From NCBI GenBank assembly GCA_027025395.1, contig JALVQQ010000187.1, positions 1-34,521 on the forward strand: 34,521 bases of DNA, in the 5' to 3' direction. Made by a program: the position numbers and the translations under genes. Source of the stretch: Deltaproteobacteria bacterium (GTDB lineage Bacteria > Desulfobacterota > Dissulfuribacteria > Dissulfuribacterales > QOAL01). The notes under the pieces were generated by a model. The model worked only from the letters and a program-made list of their open reading frames with translations. It was not told where the DNA came from and ran no database searches. Shown here in pieces: positions 19,442 to 27,436 of the stretch (position 1 is the stretch's first letter; every line of letters starts with the position of its first letter).

Positions 19442-20473
19442 CTACCTGCTCCTGCGTCTTTTCTGATATTTCTCTACTGCCCGGTTATGTTCCCTCAGGG
19501 TTGCAGAGAACTTGTGGGTTCCGTTGTTCCTGGAAACAAAATAGATGTAGTCGGTTTTTGCCGGGTACAGCACCGCCTTAAGGGATGCAAGCCCCGGGTT
19601 TGAAATTGGCCCCTTGGGAAGCCCCTTGATTGTATAGGTGTTGTACGGGGTGTTTCGCCTCAGGTCTTTCCACCTCAGGCGTCTTTTTCTTATATTCTGC
19701 TCAACAAGTATGCCGTAGCGCACAGTCGGGTCAGCCTGAAGGGGCATTCCTTTTTCAAGCCTGTTCCAGAAAACACTTGCGATAAGCGGGCGTTCCTCCT
19801 CACGCATTGCCTCTTCTTCAACTATTGACGCCAGGATTACCACCTGGTGACGGCTTGCGTTTATTTCCCTGGCCCGTGTGTCAAAGGAATTTTCCCGCCA
19901 TATCTGGTTGAACCTGTCTATCATCAGCATTGCTATCTCCCTGGCCTTGTATCCCCTTGGAATCAGATAACTGTCGGGAAAGAGATAACCTTCGGCGCTT
20001 TCTGCCGGAATCGATGCGTTTTCAAGAAATTCCCTGTCTCTTACAGCATTCAGGAATTCATCTTTCTGCCTGATCAGTTTTGAATGCTTCAGGATGGATG
20101 CTATCTGGAAAATATTGTATCCTTCAGGTATGGTTACCTGATACTCAATGGGACGTCCCGATACTATTATATCAAGTATCCGTTCCGGAGGCATGGCGGG
20201 AGAAATGTAATATGCACCGGCCTTTACCTCGTCCAGCATGTTTTTGTACCAGGCAAGCAGGTAGAATCCGTCCCTGGAGGCTATGAAACCCCGTTTTTCA
20301 AGCATGTCCGCAACATGTTTGAAGGATGAGCCCGGTTCTATCTGAACCATTACGAGGTTGCCCTCCGGGGATGCCGGCCGCATCCACTGCCGCAGCTGGA
20401 GGTCGCATGCAAGAAAGGTGAAAAAAAATAGCCAGGATATCAGTATAGAAGGATGTTTAAAAAGAAATTTCAT
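19442..20473 (-). CDS. mltG: endolytic murein transglycosylase MltG (YceG-like)
   Basis: 343-aa ORF with an N-terminal TM anchor, LASIVEEEA (catalytic Glu region), and YNTYTIKGLPKGPISNPG motifs. Confidence 0.9.
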   Translation of the reverse strand: MKFLFKHPSILISWLFFFTFLACDLQLRQWMRPASPEGNLVMVQIEPGSSFKHVADMLEKRGFIASRDGFYLLAWYKNMLDEVKAGAYYISPAMPPERILDIIVSGRPIEYQVTIPEGYNIFQIASILKHSKLIRQKDEFLNAVRDREFLENASIPAESAEGYLFPDSYLIPRGYKAREIAMLMIDRFNQIWRENSFDTRAREINASRHQVVILASIVEEEAMREEERPLIASVFWNRLEKGMPLQADPTVRYGILVEQNIRKRRLRWKDLRRNTPYNTYTIKGLPKGPISNPGLASLKAVLYPAKTDYIYFVSRNNGTHKFSATLREHNRAVEKYQKRRRSR

Positions 20474-20582
20474 CTTGACAAAGAGACAGCTGTCTGGATA
20501 GTGATCGCGGTCATTCTTGCCGCATGGATGATGTTGGGGTTTGTCATGGGAGGCGGCGCTGGTTCACGTTTCCCGTGAATCT

Positions 20583-21059
20583 TCAAGACAGGCTTCGGTG
20601 TCCGGGGCCACGGAAATACTCCATGTCCGCCCTTGTCAGGACCGGACCAAAAATCCCCGGTTTCCGGTATTGTGCGTGACCATCATGTTCCCTCGCCCCC
20701 GGGGCGACATCTGCCATAGATGCGAAATGGCCCAGCCAGGTCTGCGAGTCGGGAGCAGGGTCCATGTGCCCGGATCGTTGCCGCACGTCAGCGGCAGCAT
20801 TGCAACAGATGAACTGGATGGTTGCTGGCGCATGTGCAAGACTGTTAAAGGCAGTTGGAACATCACCGGGGGGAAAAGGCGCAGTCCAGTACATCTGTTC
20901 AGGGGATGACGCCCCGCAACCTTTCCTGGGCCTGCCTGCAATACCCCGATGCAGTGCTGGAGCCTTGAGCCGCTACCGTGGCAGACCGTCAAGGAGCCTT
21001 GCCTTTTCCCGGGCGTCCCTGCAGATTTTTTTCGACGTATTTTCAAAATTGTTTTCCAT
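20583..21059 (-). pseudogene. candidate interrupted ORF of unknown function (single in-frame TAG at 20973-20975)
   Basis: This minus-strand frame is open from 21059 (ATG) to 20583 except for one TAG. The downstream 130 codons have host-like codon usage and a balanced amino-acid composition. No family recognised. Confidence 0.2.
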
Positions 21060-21125
21060 TTTATTTTCCGGATGGGCGGTTGCACATGTTAAAAGTGGCT
21101 GCATTGTGGCAGATACAGCTTCTCC

Positions 21126-22163
21126 TTGCCCCAAAATGCACCCAAAAAAGGAAACGTGATTTTGCATTACTTCATCCGTACATGCATATCCTGTGCCCTG
21201 TTGCTCCTTTTTTTCACTGTTCCTGCAATGGCTGTCTCTGTGTTCCGGCTTGAGCCTGGCAGAACAGTCTATGGCAGCCTGAGGCAGGTCCGCATTTTTT
21301 CAAATACAACCCTCCTCGACATTGCAAGAGAGAACGATCTTGGTTTTAACCAGATTACTGCGGCAAATCCCGGGGTTGACCCGTGGGTTCCCCATGATGG
21401 GGCGCTCGTTACCATTCCAGGAGCCGTGATTGTGCCAGACAATCATCCGCCAGAGGGTATTGTTATAAATCTTGCGGAAATGCGCCTGTATCTGTTCACA
21501 TCGTCAGATGATTCTAATGGCCGGTTATATACATGTCCAGTAGGTACAGCCAGAACCGGCTTTTCTACAAGGCCAGGTATCTATACGATTTATCAGAAAA
21601 AAAAGGATCCGGTTTGGGTGCCTCCTCCATCGGTTCGCAGGGAGGATCCGGACTTGCCCCAAAGGGTGCCTCCGGGGCCGGACAACCCGCTTGGCCATTA
21701 TGTGCTCCGTTTTTCGAGAGAATCGTATGGTATTCACGGTACAAACCGTCCATGGGGAATCGGACGCAGGGTCAGTCATGGATGTATAAGGCTGTATAAC
21801 AGTGATATAGAGGCGCTTTTTGATCTGGTGGATGTGGGAACAGTGGTGGTTGTGCGCTATGCGCCTGTCAAGGCAGGTATTGCCGGCAACCGCTGCTGGC
21901 TTCAGGTTTGCGAGGATTACCAGCGCAAGGTGCCTGACATGATGGCAGAGGTCCTTGCGCGTCTGTCCCGGTGCAAGGAAGAGTTTTACCGGCAGGGCGG
22001 CCTGGATATAAAATTTGACATGACAAGGATCAGGCGCGTGATGCAGGAGGAGCGTTGTATTCCAGTGGAGGTAGGTGCTGTATCCGGCTCCATGCCGGAG
22101 GCTGATGCGCGGGAAGCAGCTTCATCAGTGGAAAATGATGAAAGACGCCTTCATCTGGAGTAA
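21126..22163 (+). CDS. L,D-transpeptidase (YkuD) with LysM-like domain
   Basis: 345-aa ORF with a signal peptide and a LysM-like segment (LLDIARENDLGFNQITAANP). YkuD catalytic motif HGTNRPWGIGRRVSHGCIRL. Confidence 0.85.
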   Translation: MPQNAPKKGNVILHYFIRTCISCALLLLFFTVPAMAVSVFRLEPGRTVYGSLRQVRIFSNTTLLDIARENDLGFNQITAANPGVDPWVPHDGALVTIPGAVIVPDNHPPEGIVINLAEMRLYLFTSSDDSNGRLYTCPVGTARTGFSTRPGIYTIYQKKKDPVWVPPPSVRREDPDLPQRVPPGPDNPLGHYVLRFSRESYGIHGTNRPWGIGRRVSHGCIRLYNSDIEALFDLVDVGTVVVVRYAPVKAGIAGNRCWLQVCEDYQRKVPDMMAEVLARLSRCKEEFYRQGGLDIKFDMTRIRRVMQEERCIPVEVGAVSGSMPEADAREAASSVENDERRLHLE

Positions 22164-22265
22164 GATTGCGCCTGAAAAAAAGATTGCTGCCATGCGTGAA
22201 ATGTCTTCATGGCAAAAGGCGATTCAACATGCAGGTACGGTGAGCCTCTGGTCTGGTGCGAGAGT

Positions 22266-22733
22266 ATGACAGAAAAAGACGATTTTTCATGTTCGTTTGC
22301 AGCGCGGTACAAACCTGCCGCCAAGGCCTCAACCCATCTGTTTGCGGCAGCCCTCATGTGGACTACGGTGGGAATAATGCTGGGCATACGTGGAATTTTT
22401 AATATTGATTTCAGCTCCTGGCAGGGCGTTGCGTGGGCAGCAGGCGCCCTGATCGCCGGAGGCCTGAAGGGGGAATTTGTCTTAAGGAAAAGCGCAAAGC
22501 GCACGGTGTGCAGGATACTTGAACGCGGTGACGGAAAGTGCCTGGGCGGGTTCATGTCATGGAAAAGCTGGCTCCTGGTTGCCTCCATGATTGTCATGGG
22601 CAAGCTTTTGAGGGCAAGTCCCCTGCCAAGGAATCCGGTATGGAGTGTTTACGTGGCCGTAGGTGCTGCACTTGCGGTGTCGAGCCGTTTTTTCTGGATT
22701 GCGCGAAGGGATTACATCAACAGGAACAGATGA
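22266..22733 (+). CDS. hypothetical membrane protein
   Basis: ORF 22209..22733, likely start ATG 22266. Four predicted hydrophobic helices. Its stop overlaps the mazG start (ATGATG at 22730). Confidence 0.5.
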   Translation: MTEKDDFSCSFAARYKPAAKASTHLFAAALMWTTVGIMLGIRGIFNIDFSSWQGVAWAAGALIAGGLKGEFVLRKSAKRTVCRILERGDGKCLGGFMSWKSWLLVASMIVMGKLLRASPLPRNPVWSVYVAVGAALAVSSRFFWIARRDYINRNR

Positions 22734-23551
22734 TGAAAAAAATAACCGGAAAGGTCGGTTATCCTGCCTCGGAGAGGGTGTCCAGGCTGATAGAACTGAT
22801 TGATATACTTCGGGCGCCTGACGGTTGCCCCTGGGACAGGGAGCAGACCCCCGAGACAGTAAAAAAATATATTCTGGAAGAGTGCTACGAGCTTGTGGAC
22901 GCCATTGATTCCGGGGCGCCTGGCGAGGTTTGCGAGGAGCTGGGAGACCTCTTTTTCATGCTGCTGTTTATCGGCAGGATGTATGAGCAGGCCGGGGATT
23001 TTGAAATGGCGGATGCGTTAAGGCTTGCCGAAGAGAAGATGGTGCGCCGTCATCCCCATATTTTTGGTGATGTAAAGGTCCATGATACCGGTGATGTCAC
23101 TACCAACTGGCAGAATATAAAGGCCGATGAGGCCAGGAAGAAGGGCAGAAAGCACAGCGTTCTTGGCAATCTTCCCAGGGCACTGCCCTCTCTCCAGTAT
23201 GCGTTCAGGGTAGGTGAACGGGCTTCCAGGGTGAATTTTGACTGGCAAAGCGCGGAGGAGCTGTTTCCAAAGGTGGACGAGGAGGCAAGGGAGCTTGATG
23301 AGGCTGTTAAAAACGGGGATGTGGATGCCATTGGCCAGGAGCTTGGTGATCTGCTGTTCACCATTGCAAACCTTGCCCGCAAACTGGGTATCAATCCCGA
23401 GGAGGCATTGCAGGGCGCTGTGGGCAAGTTTATCCGGAGATTTCATGCCATGGAAGAGCTTCTGGAAGGGCGCAACAAGTCTCTTTCCGGCGGTGTGTCC
23501 AGGGATGAGATGGAGGCCGCCTGGGAAGAGGCAAAGGCCAAGGAGTCCTGA
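22730..23551 (+). CDS. mazG: nucleoside triphosphate pyrophosphohydrolase MazG
   Basis: ORF 22538..23551, but homology-like sequence starts at MMKKITGK (22730). CPWDREQT, EECYELVDAI and a second EELGDLLF repeat indicate a tandem MazG domain. Confidence 0.9.
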   Translation: MMKKITGKVGYPASERVSRLIELIDILRAPDGCPWDREQTPETVKKYILEECYELVDAIDSGAPGEVCEELGDLFFMLLFIGRMYEQAGDFEMADALRLAEEKMVRRHPHIFGDVKVHDTGDVTTNWQNIKADEARKKGRKHSVLGNLPRALPSLQYAFRVGERASRVNFDWQSAEELFPKVDEEARELDEAVKNGDVDAIGQELGDLLFTIANLARKLGINPEEALQGAVGKFIRRFHAMEELLEGRNKSLSGGVSRDEMEAAWEEAKAKES

Positions 23552-23569
23552 AAGAGTGTTTTTCCGGTA

Positions 23570-25447
23570 ATGTCAATATATCCTGAAGAGTTTGATGTTA
23601 TTGTAATCGGGGCGGGCCATGCAGGGTGCGAGGCCGCGCTTGCGGCGGCGCGTCTTGGCGTTTCAACCTGCATGCTTACCATAAATCTTGACTGCATAGC
23701 GGCCATGAGCTGCAACCCAGCCATAGGAGGCCTGGCAAAGGGCCAGCTTGTGCGTGAGATAGATGCCCTGGGCGGGGAGATGGCCCGCAATATAGACGCA
23801 GCAGGTATTCAGTACCGAAGGCTCAATACCTCTAAGGGTCCTGCCGTGCGGGCTACCCGCGCGCAGGCAGACAGGCTTCTCTACCGTCTCCGCATGAAAA
23901 GGGTGCTGGAGAATCAGCCCGGGCTGGAGATACATCAGGCAATGGCCGGAGAGCTCCTGGTGCGGGAAGGCCGTGTTTTCGGGGTGAAAACCACCACCGG
24001 GCAGGAGTTTCATTCAAAAAGGGTAATCGTCACAACAGGTACGTTTCTGCGCGGACTCATTCACATTGGCCTTGAGCAGATGCAGGCCGGGCGCATGGGT
24101 GATCCTCCTTCAAACAGGCTGGCGCGTGCAATAGCCTCTCTTGGATTTGAAATGGGACGCCTCAAGACCGGAACTCCTCCCAGGCTGCATGCAGGCACCA
24201 TTGATTTCAGCTCTCTTGATGTTCAGGAGAGCGATCCGGAGCCTGTACCCTTTTCCATTACCTCTGATACTGTGCCGCTGCCTCAACGCCCGTGCTGGAT
24301 CACCTACACCAATGACGCTACCCACAGGGTCATAGAATCAGGCCTGGACCGCTCGCCTCTCTTTGCCGGTGTTATTGAGGGAACGGGCGCCAGATACTGT
24401 CCCTCCATCGAAGACAAGATTCACCGTTTTCCAGACAGGGAGAGGCACCAGGTTTTCCTTGAGCCCGAAGGTCTTGATACAGTGGAGGTGTATCCCAACG
24501 GAATTTCCACAAGCCTTCCCATTGATATCCAGATAAAAATGGTCAGGAGCATAAGGGGGCTTGAAAACGCCAGGATCATGCGTCCCGGTTATGCAATAGA
24601 GTACGATTATGCCAATCCGGTGCAACTCTATCCCAGCCTTGAGACAAGGATCGTGAGCGGGCTGTACTTTGCCGGACAGATAAACGGCACGTCCGGGTAT
24701 GAAGAGGCCGGGGCACAGGGGCTAATGGCAGGGATAAATGCCGCCCGCAGCGTTAAGGACATGGAGCCCGTGGTGCTTGACAGGTCACAGGCATATATCG
24801 GGGTGCTAATTGATGATCTTGTTACCAGGGGGACCAGAGAGCCGTACCGCATGTTTACATCAAGGGCTGAATACCGCCTCCTGCTCAGGGAGGACAACGC
24901 CCATGCAAGGCTTACCCCCCTTGGACGGGAAATCGGCCTTGTGGATGATGCCGCCTGGAACAGGTTCAGGCAGAGGCAGGAGGACGCCGAACAGGCCTTG
25001 AAATTTGTCAGCGATATAAAAGTGGTGCCGGGTCCTGAAACAGACAGGTGGCTTGCTTCCATTGGTTCAGCACCTGTCAGGCAGCAGATGCCTCTTTTGG
25101 AACTGTTGCGCAGGCCCGAGGTGACCCTGGAGGCTGCGGCAGAGATGTATCCCCAGCTGCGCAGCATTCCCCAGGATGCCGCATGCCAGGTGGAGATAGA
25201 GACCAAGTACCAGGGGTATGTAAGGCGTCAGCAGGAGGAGATAGAAAAATTCCGGCACTGGGAGTCTGTAAAACTTCCGGATGACCTTGACTATGCAGCC
25301 ATACCCGGCCTAACAAGGGAGGTTGTGGAAAAACTGAGCCGCCAGCGGCCGGATTCCATAGGACGCGCTTCACGCATTTCAGGCATTACGCCCGCAGCGA
25401 TTACAGCCATTCGCATCCATCTTAAAAAAATTGGAATGGGGGAGTGA
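23570..25447 (+). CDS. mnmG: tRNA uridine-5-carboxymethylaminomethyl modification enzyme MnmG (GidA)
   Basis: 625-aa ORF with the FAD-binding DVIVIGAGHAGCEAA motif. GARYCPSIEDK and YFAGQINGTSGYEEA motifs are present. Confidence 0.95.
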   Translation: MSIYPEEFDVIVIGAGHAGCEAALAAARLGVSTCMLTINLDCIAAMSCNPAIGGLAKGQLVREIDALGGEMARNIDAAGIQYRRLNTSKGPAVRATRAQADRLLYRLRMKRVLENQPGLEIHQAMAGELLVREGRVFGVKTTTGQEFHSKRVIVTTGTFLRGLIHIGLEQMQAGRMGDPPSNRLARAIASLGFEMGRLKTGTPPRLHAGTIDFSSLDVQESDPEPVPFSITSDTVPLPQRPCWITYTNDATHRVIESGLDRSPLFAGVIEGTGARYCPSIEDKIHRFPDRERHQVFLEPEGLDTVEVYPNGISTSLPIDIQIKMVRSIRGLENARIMRPGYAIEYDYANPVQLYPSLETRIVSGLYFAGQINGTSGYEEAGAQGLMAGINAARSVKDMEPVVLDRSQAYIGVLIDDLVTRGTREPYRMFTSRAEYRLLLREDNAHARLTPLGREIGLVDDAAWNRFRQRQEDAEQALKFVSDIKVVPGPETDRWLASIGSAPVRQQMPLLELLRRPEVTLEAAAEMYPQLRSIPQDAACQVEIETKYQGYVRRQQEEIEKFRHWESVKLPDDLDYAAIPGLTREVVEKLSRQRPDSIGRASRISGITPAAITAIRIHLKKIGMGE

Positions 25448-25592
25448 TATTCAGTTGGTCGCAATACGTTTTTGTCTCATAATGTCCCCACTGCGCAGTA
25501 CGGTTTGTGGTCGAAAGCATGCTGTCAAATGTTGGGACACTTGAAATGTAGAACTATGCCATGCCTGTTCCTGCCTGGGGTTGGTCCCGGGG

Positions 25593-26177
25593 TTACAACA
25601 GTGAAACACTCTTCAGGACCTCGGCAATCCTGGAGTCATGCCTGGCAAGTCTTTTCATGGCCTCTATTATCTTGTTAATATTCCTCTTGTTCTCAATGAC
25701 ATCCTTTTCGTCCACCAGCACAGCCTCAATTTCCCTGATCCTCGTTTCAAAGGGTCGGATCATGGTTCTCCTGTCCCAAATGGCAAAGCCTATGGTTGCG
25801 GCTACCAGTGCTCCAAAGGTGGCCACTATGCCGATCATGAGTTCCTGCAAGGATTCAAATCGTTTGTCCACTTGCTCAAATCGTTTGTCCACCTGTTCAA
25901 ATCGCTTGTTCATATCCTCTCTCAATTCCGCAAACCGTTTGTCCACCTGTTCGAACCGTTTGTCCACCTGCTCAAACCGTTTGTCCACCTGCTCGAACCG
26001 TTTGTCTATCTGCTCGAACCGCTTGTCTATCTGGTTAAGGCGCTCATCAATCCTTATGAGCATTTCCCTGTCCTTGTGAGTAAATGAATCCTCACCACCC
26101 CAGGCAGCCGTAACGGGTATTGTAGTCATGCATCCGAAAATGAGAAAAAGAGAGATTGTAATCAAAAAATTTTTCAT
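25593..26177 (-). CDS. heptad-repeat (DKRFEQV)n coiled-coil membrane protein with N-terminal signal/lipobox
   Basis: 194-aa ORF. N-terminus MKNFLITISLFLIFGC, then about 8 heptads of [IV]DKRFEQ. One TM helix (LMIGIVATFGALVAATIGFAIW) and a ~60-aa charged C-terminal tail. AGGAG RBS upstream. Confidence 0.75.
   Translation of the reverse strand: MKNFLITISLFLIFGCMTTIPVTAAWGGEDSFTHKDREMLIRIDERLNQIDKRFEQIDKRFEQVDKRFEQVDKRFEQVDKRFAELREDMNKRFEQVDKRFEQVDKRFESLQELMIGIVATFGALVAATIGFAIWDRRTMIRPFETRIREIEAVLVDEKDVIENKRNINKIIEAMKRLARHDSRIAEVLKSVSLL
25851..26051. repeat. imperfect 21-bp tandem repeat (two blocks, about 3 + 5 units) inside the CDS
   Basis: Plus-strand units look like caaa[tc]cgtttgtccac[ct]tg[ct]t, cgaaccgtttgtc[ct]a[ct]ctgct and similar. 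A 33-bp non-repeat insert (FAELREDMNKR in the protein) interrupts the array. Units differ mainly at wobble positions. Confidence 0.85.
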
Positions 26178-26224
26178 GACGGGCCCTGCTCCTGTATGTT
26201 AATTCCGGATAATTTCTGGTTGTT

Positions 26225-26249
26225 ATTATATCACACCCTCCTTATTATA
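26225..26249 (-). promoter_or_regulatory. two minus-strand TATAAT hexamers upstream of the repeat-protein gene
   Basis: Plus-strand ATTATA occurs at 26225-26230 and 26244-26249 within a duplicated TTATTATA. The proximal box is ~48 nt upstream of the ATG at 26177. The -35 match is poor. Confidence 0.3.
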
Positions 26250-26834
26250 ACATAACAGTATCCAGGTGGCACTATTACCGTGACAGAGGGCATGGATTCG
26301 TTGTACGTGTCATTTTATCGGTTTCCATCCCGGGAAGAGTAATGAATATGCTGAATAGGAGATGCCTTGCCACAAGGCCTATGCTTTCCAGGTTATTTGC
26401 TCTTCAAGGCACTTGGCTTGCCAAAATGGCCACCATGAAGGATAGCCCCCAGAAAAAAACCGCATTCCGATTCGTTCCGTGCAGGATGTTTTTTTAAAGT
26501 GAAGCCCAATTGACAGGTCAACGCCCCTGGGGTATTTGCTTTACTTATGCAGGTTGGGCGGGCAAGCGGGATTACTCCGAGAAAATAGTACTGCTCGGCC
26601 TAAATCCGTCGGGGTTTATGCCCACCGACGCCACTCAGTATATGGGCAAAATTGAGCATAAACGCTGTTTTTGTCCACATACGGCGGTGGTTGGGCGAAA
26701 CTCCATCATGTCCAAACCCCTGACGAACTTGCGCCGTCGTGTAATAGCATGTTGTACTTTGGCGCTTATGCGAGCGCGCAACTTGATGTACAATAAAGCC
26801 ATACGACGCAGTATTTTTAGCAGCGGAGAGAAAA

Positions 26835-27041
26835 ATGGGCGTTCTGAAAATCGCGGTTTCGGAAGAGCGTTTGGCAAAACTGGAAGAAAAAGCGCGTCGC
26901 TTGCGCGTCACTCCAGAAGCGTTGCTGGAAGCCGGTTTAGAAGAGTTGATAGGGCGGCTGGACGAAGAATTCCAGGAAGCAATGGCGCGTGTATTGTCCA
27001 AGAATGCCGATTTGTATCGTCGGCTGGCAAAAAGTATTTGA
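26835..27041 (+). CDS. ribbon-helix-helix-type antitoxin (partner of Doc)
   Basis: 68-aa ORF with a GGAGAG RBS. The N-terminal strand-helix-helix pattern (LKIAVSEERLAKLEEKARRLRVTPEALLEAGLEEL) sits immediately upstream of a Doc-family gene. Confidence 0.65.
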   Translation: MGVLKIAVSEERLAKLEEKARRLRVTPEALLEAGLEELIGRLDEEFQEAMARVLSKNADLYRRLAKSI

Positions 27042-27073
27042 ACTCGGAAATGCGCTATCTGACGTTGCGGTAA

Positions 27074-27436
27074 GTGCTGGAACTCTACCGGCATGTCATG
27101 GAGATTGGTGGCGGCGAGCAAGGGATTCGAGATTTGTCGGCACTTCAATCAAGCATCGCTCAGCCGCGGATGACATTTGGCGGGCAAGAGTTGTATGTGG
27201 GAGTGGTGGAGAAGGCAGTAGCGTTGGGATATTTGTTGATCAAGAATCATCCTTTCCTGGATGGGAACAAACGAATAGGTCACGCAGCAATGGAGACGTT
27301 TTTGATATTGAACGGCTATGAAATCCGGGCTGATGTTGAGGAACAAGAAAGGGTGATTCTGGAAGTGGCGGCGGGTGCAATGGGAAAGGCCGAATTTGCG
27401 AAGTGGCTTCATGCACATATAGCGAAATTCGAGTAA
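27074..27436 (+). CDS. doc: Doc (death-on-curing) Fic-fold toxin; the annotated GTG start follows an in-frame TAA of the ancestral frame that begins at 27050
   Basis: 120-aa ORF with GGEQGIRD and the Doc-type Fic motif HPFLDGNKRIGH. The upstream in-frame sequence reads MRYLTLR-stop. Confidence 0.8.
   Translation: MLELYRHVMEIGGGEQGIRDLSALQSSIAQPRMTFGGQELYVGVVEKAVALGYLLIKNHPFLDGNKRIGHAAMETFLILNGYEIRADVEEQERVILEVAAGAMGKAEFAKWLHAHIAKFE

Noticed and set aside
18937-19581. 214-aa plus ORF and two ~120-aa minus ORFs overlapping the 5' part of the SH3-domain gene
   Set aside because: This is a GC-rich stretch that leaves several frames open. The translations are Ala/Arg/Pro-rich shadows of the 348-aa signal-peptide-bearing ORF.
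20636-21159. 149-aa minus ORF (20636-21085) and 131-aa plus ORF (20764-21159) in the mltG-upstream gap
   Set aside because: Their translations are dominated by R, G, P, S and C with no hydrophobic core pattern. The plus ORF also overlaps the L,D-transpeptidase start. The alternative minus frame looks more protein-like.
24628-25206. 192-aa minus ORF inside mnmG
   Set aside because: It is antisense to a near-certain mnmG coding region and Ser/Leu/Ala-rich, so it is a shadow ORF.
25851-26051. Regular 21-bp repeats considered as a possible CRISPR-like array
   Set aside because: The units are contiguous with no spacers, far shorter than CRISPR repeats, and in frame within a CDS, where they encode a heptad repeat.
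26510-27148. 187-aa plus ORF (26510-27073) and 182-aa minus ORF (26600-27148)
   Set aside because: Both run through the much better supported antitoxin/Doc genes and are Arg/Ser-rich. The only informative part is the last 7 codons of the plus ORF (MRYLTLR), which belong to the ancestral Doc frame.
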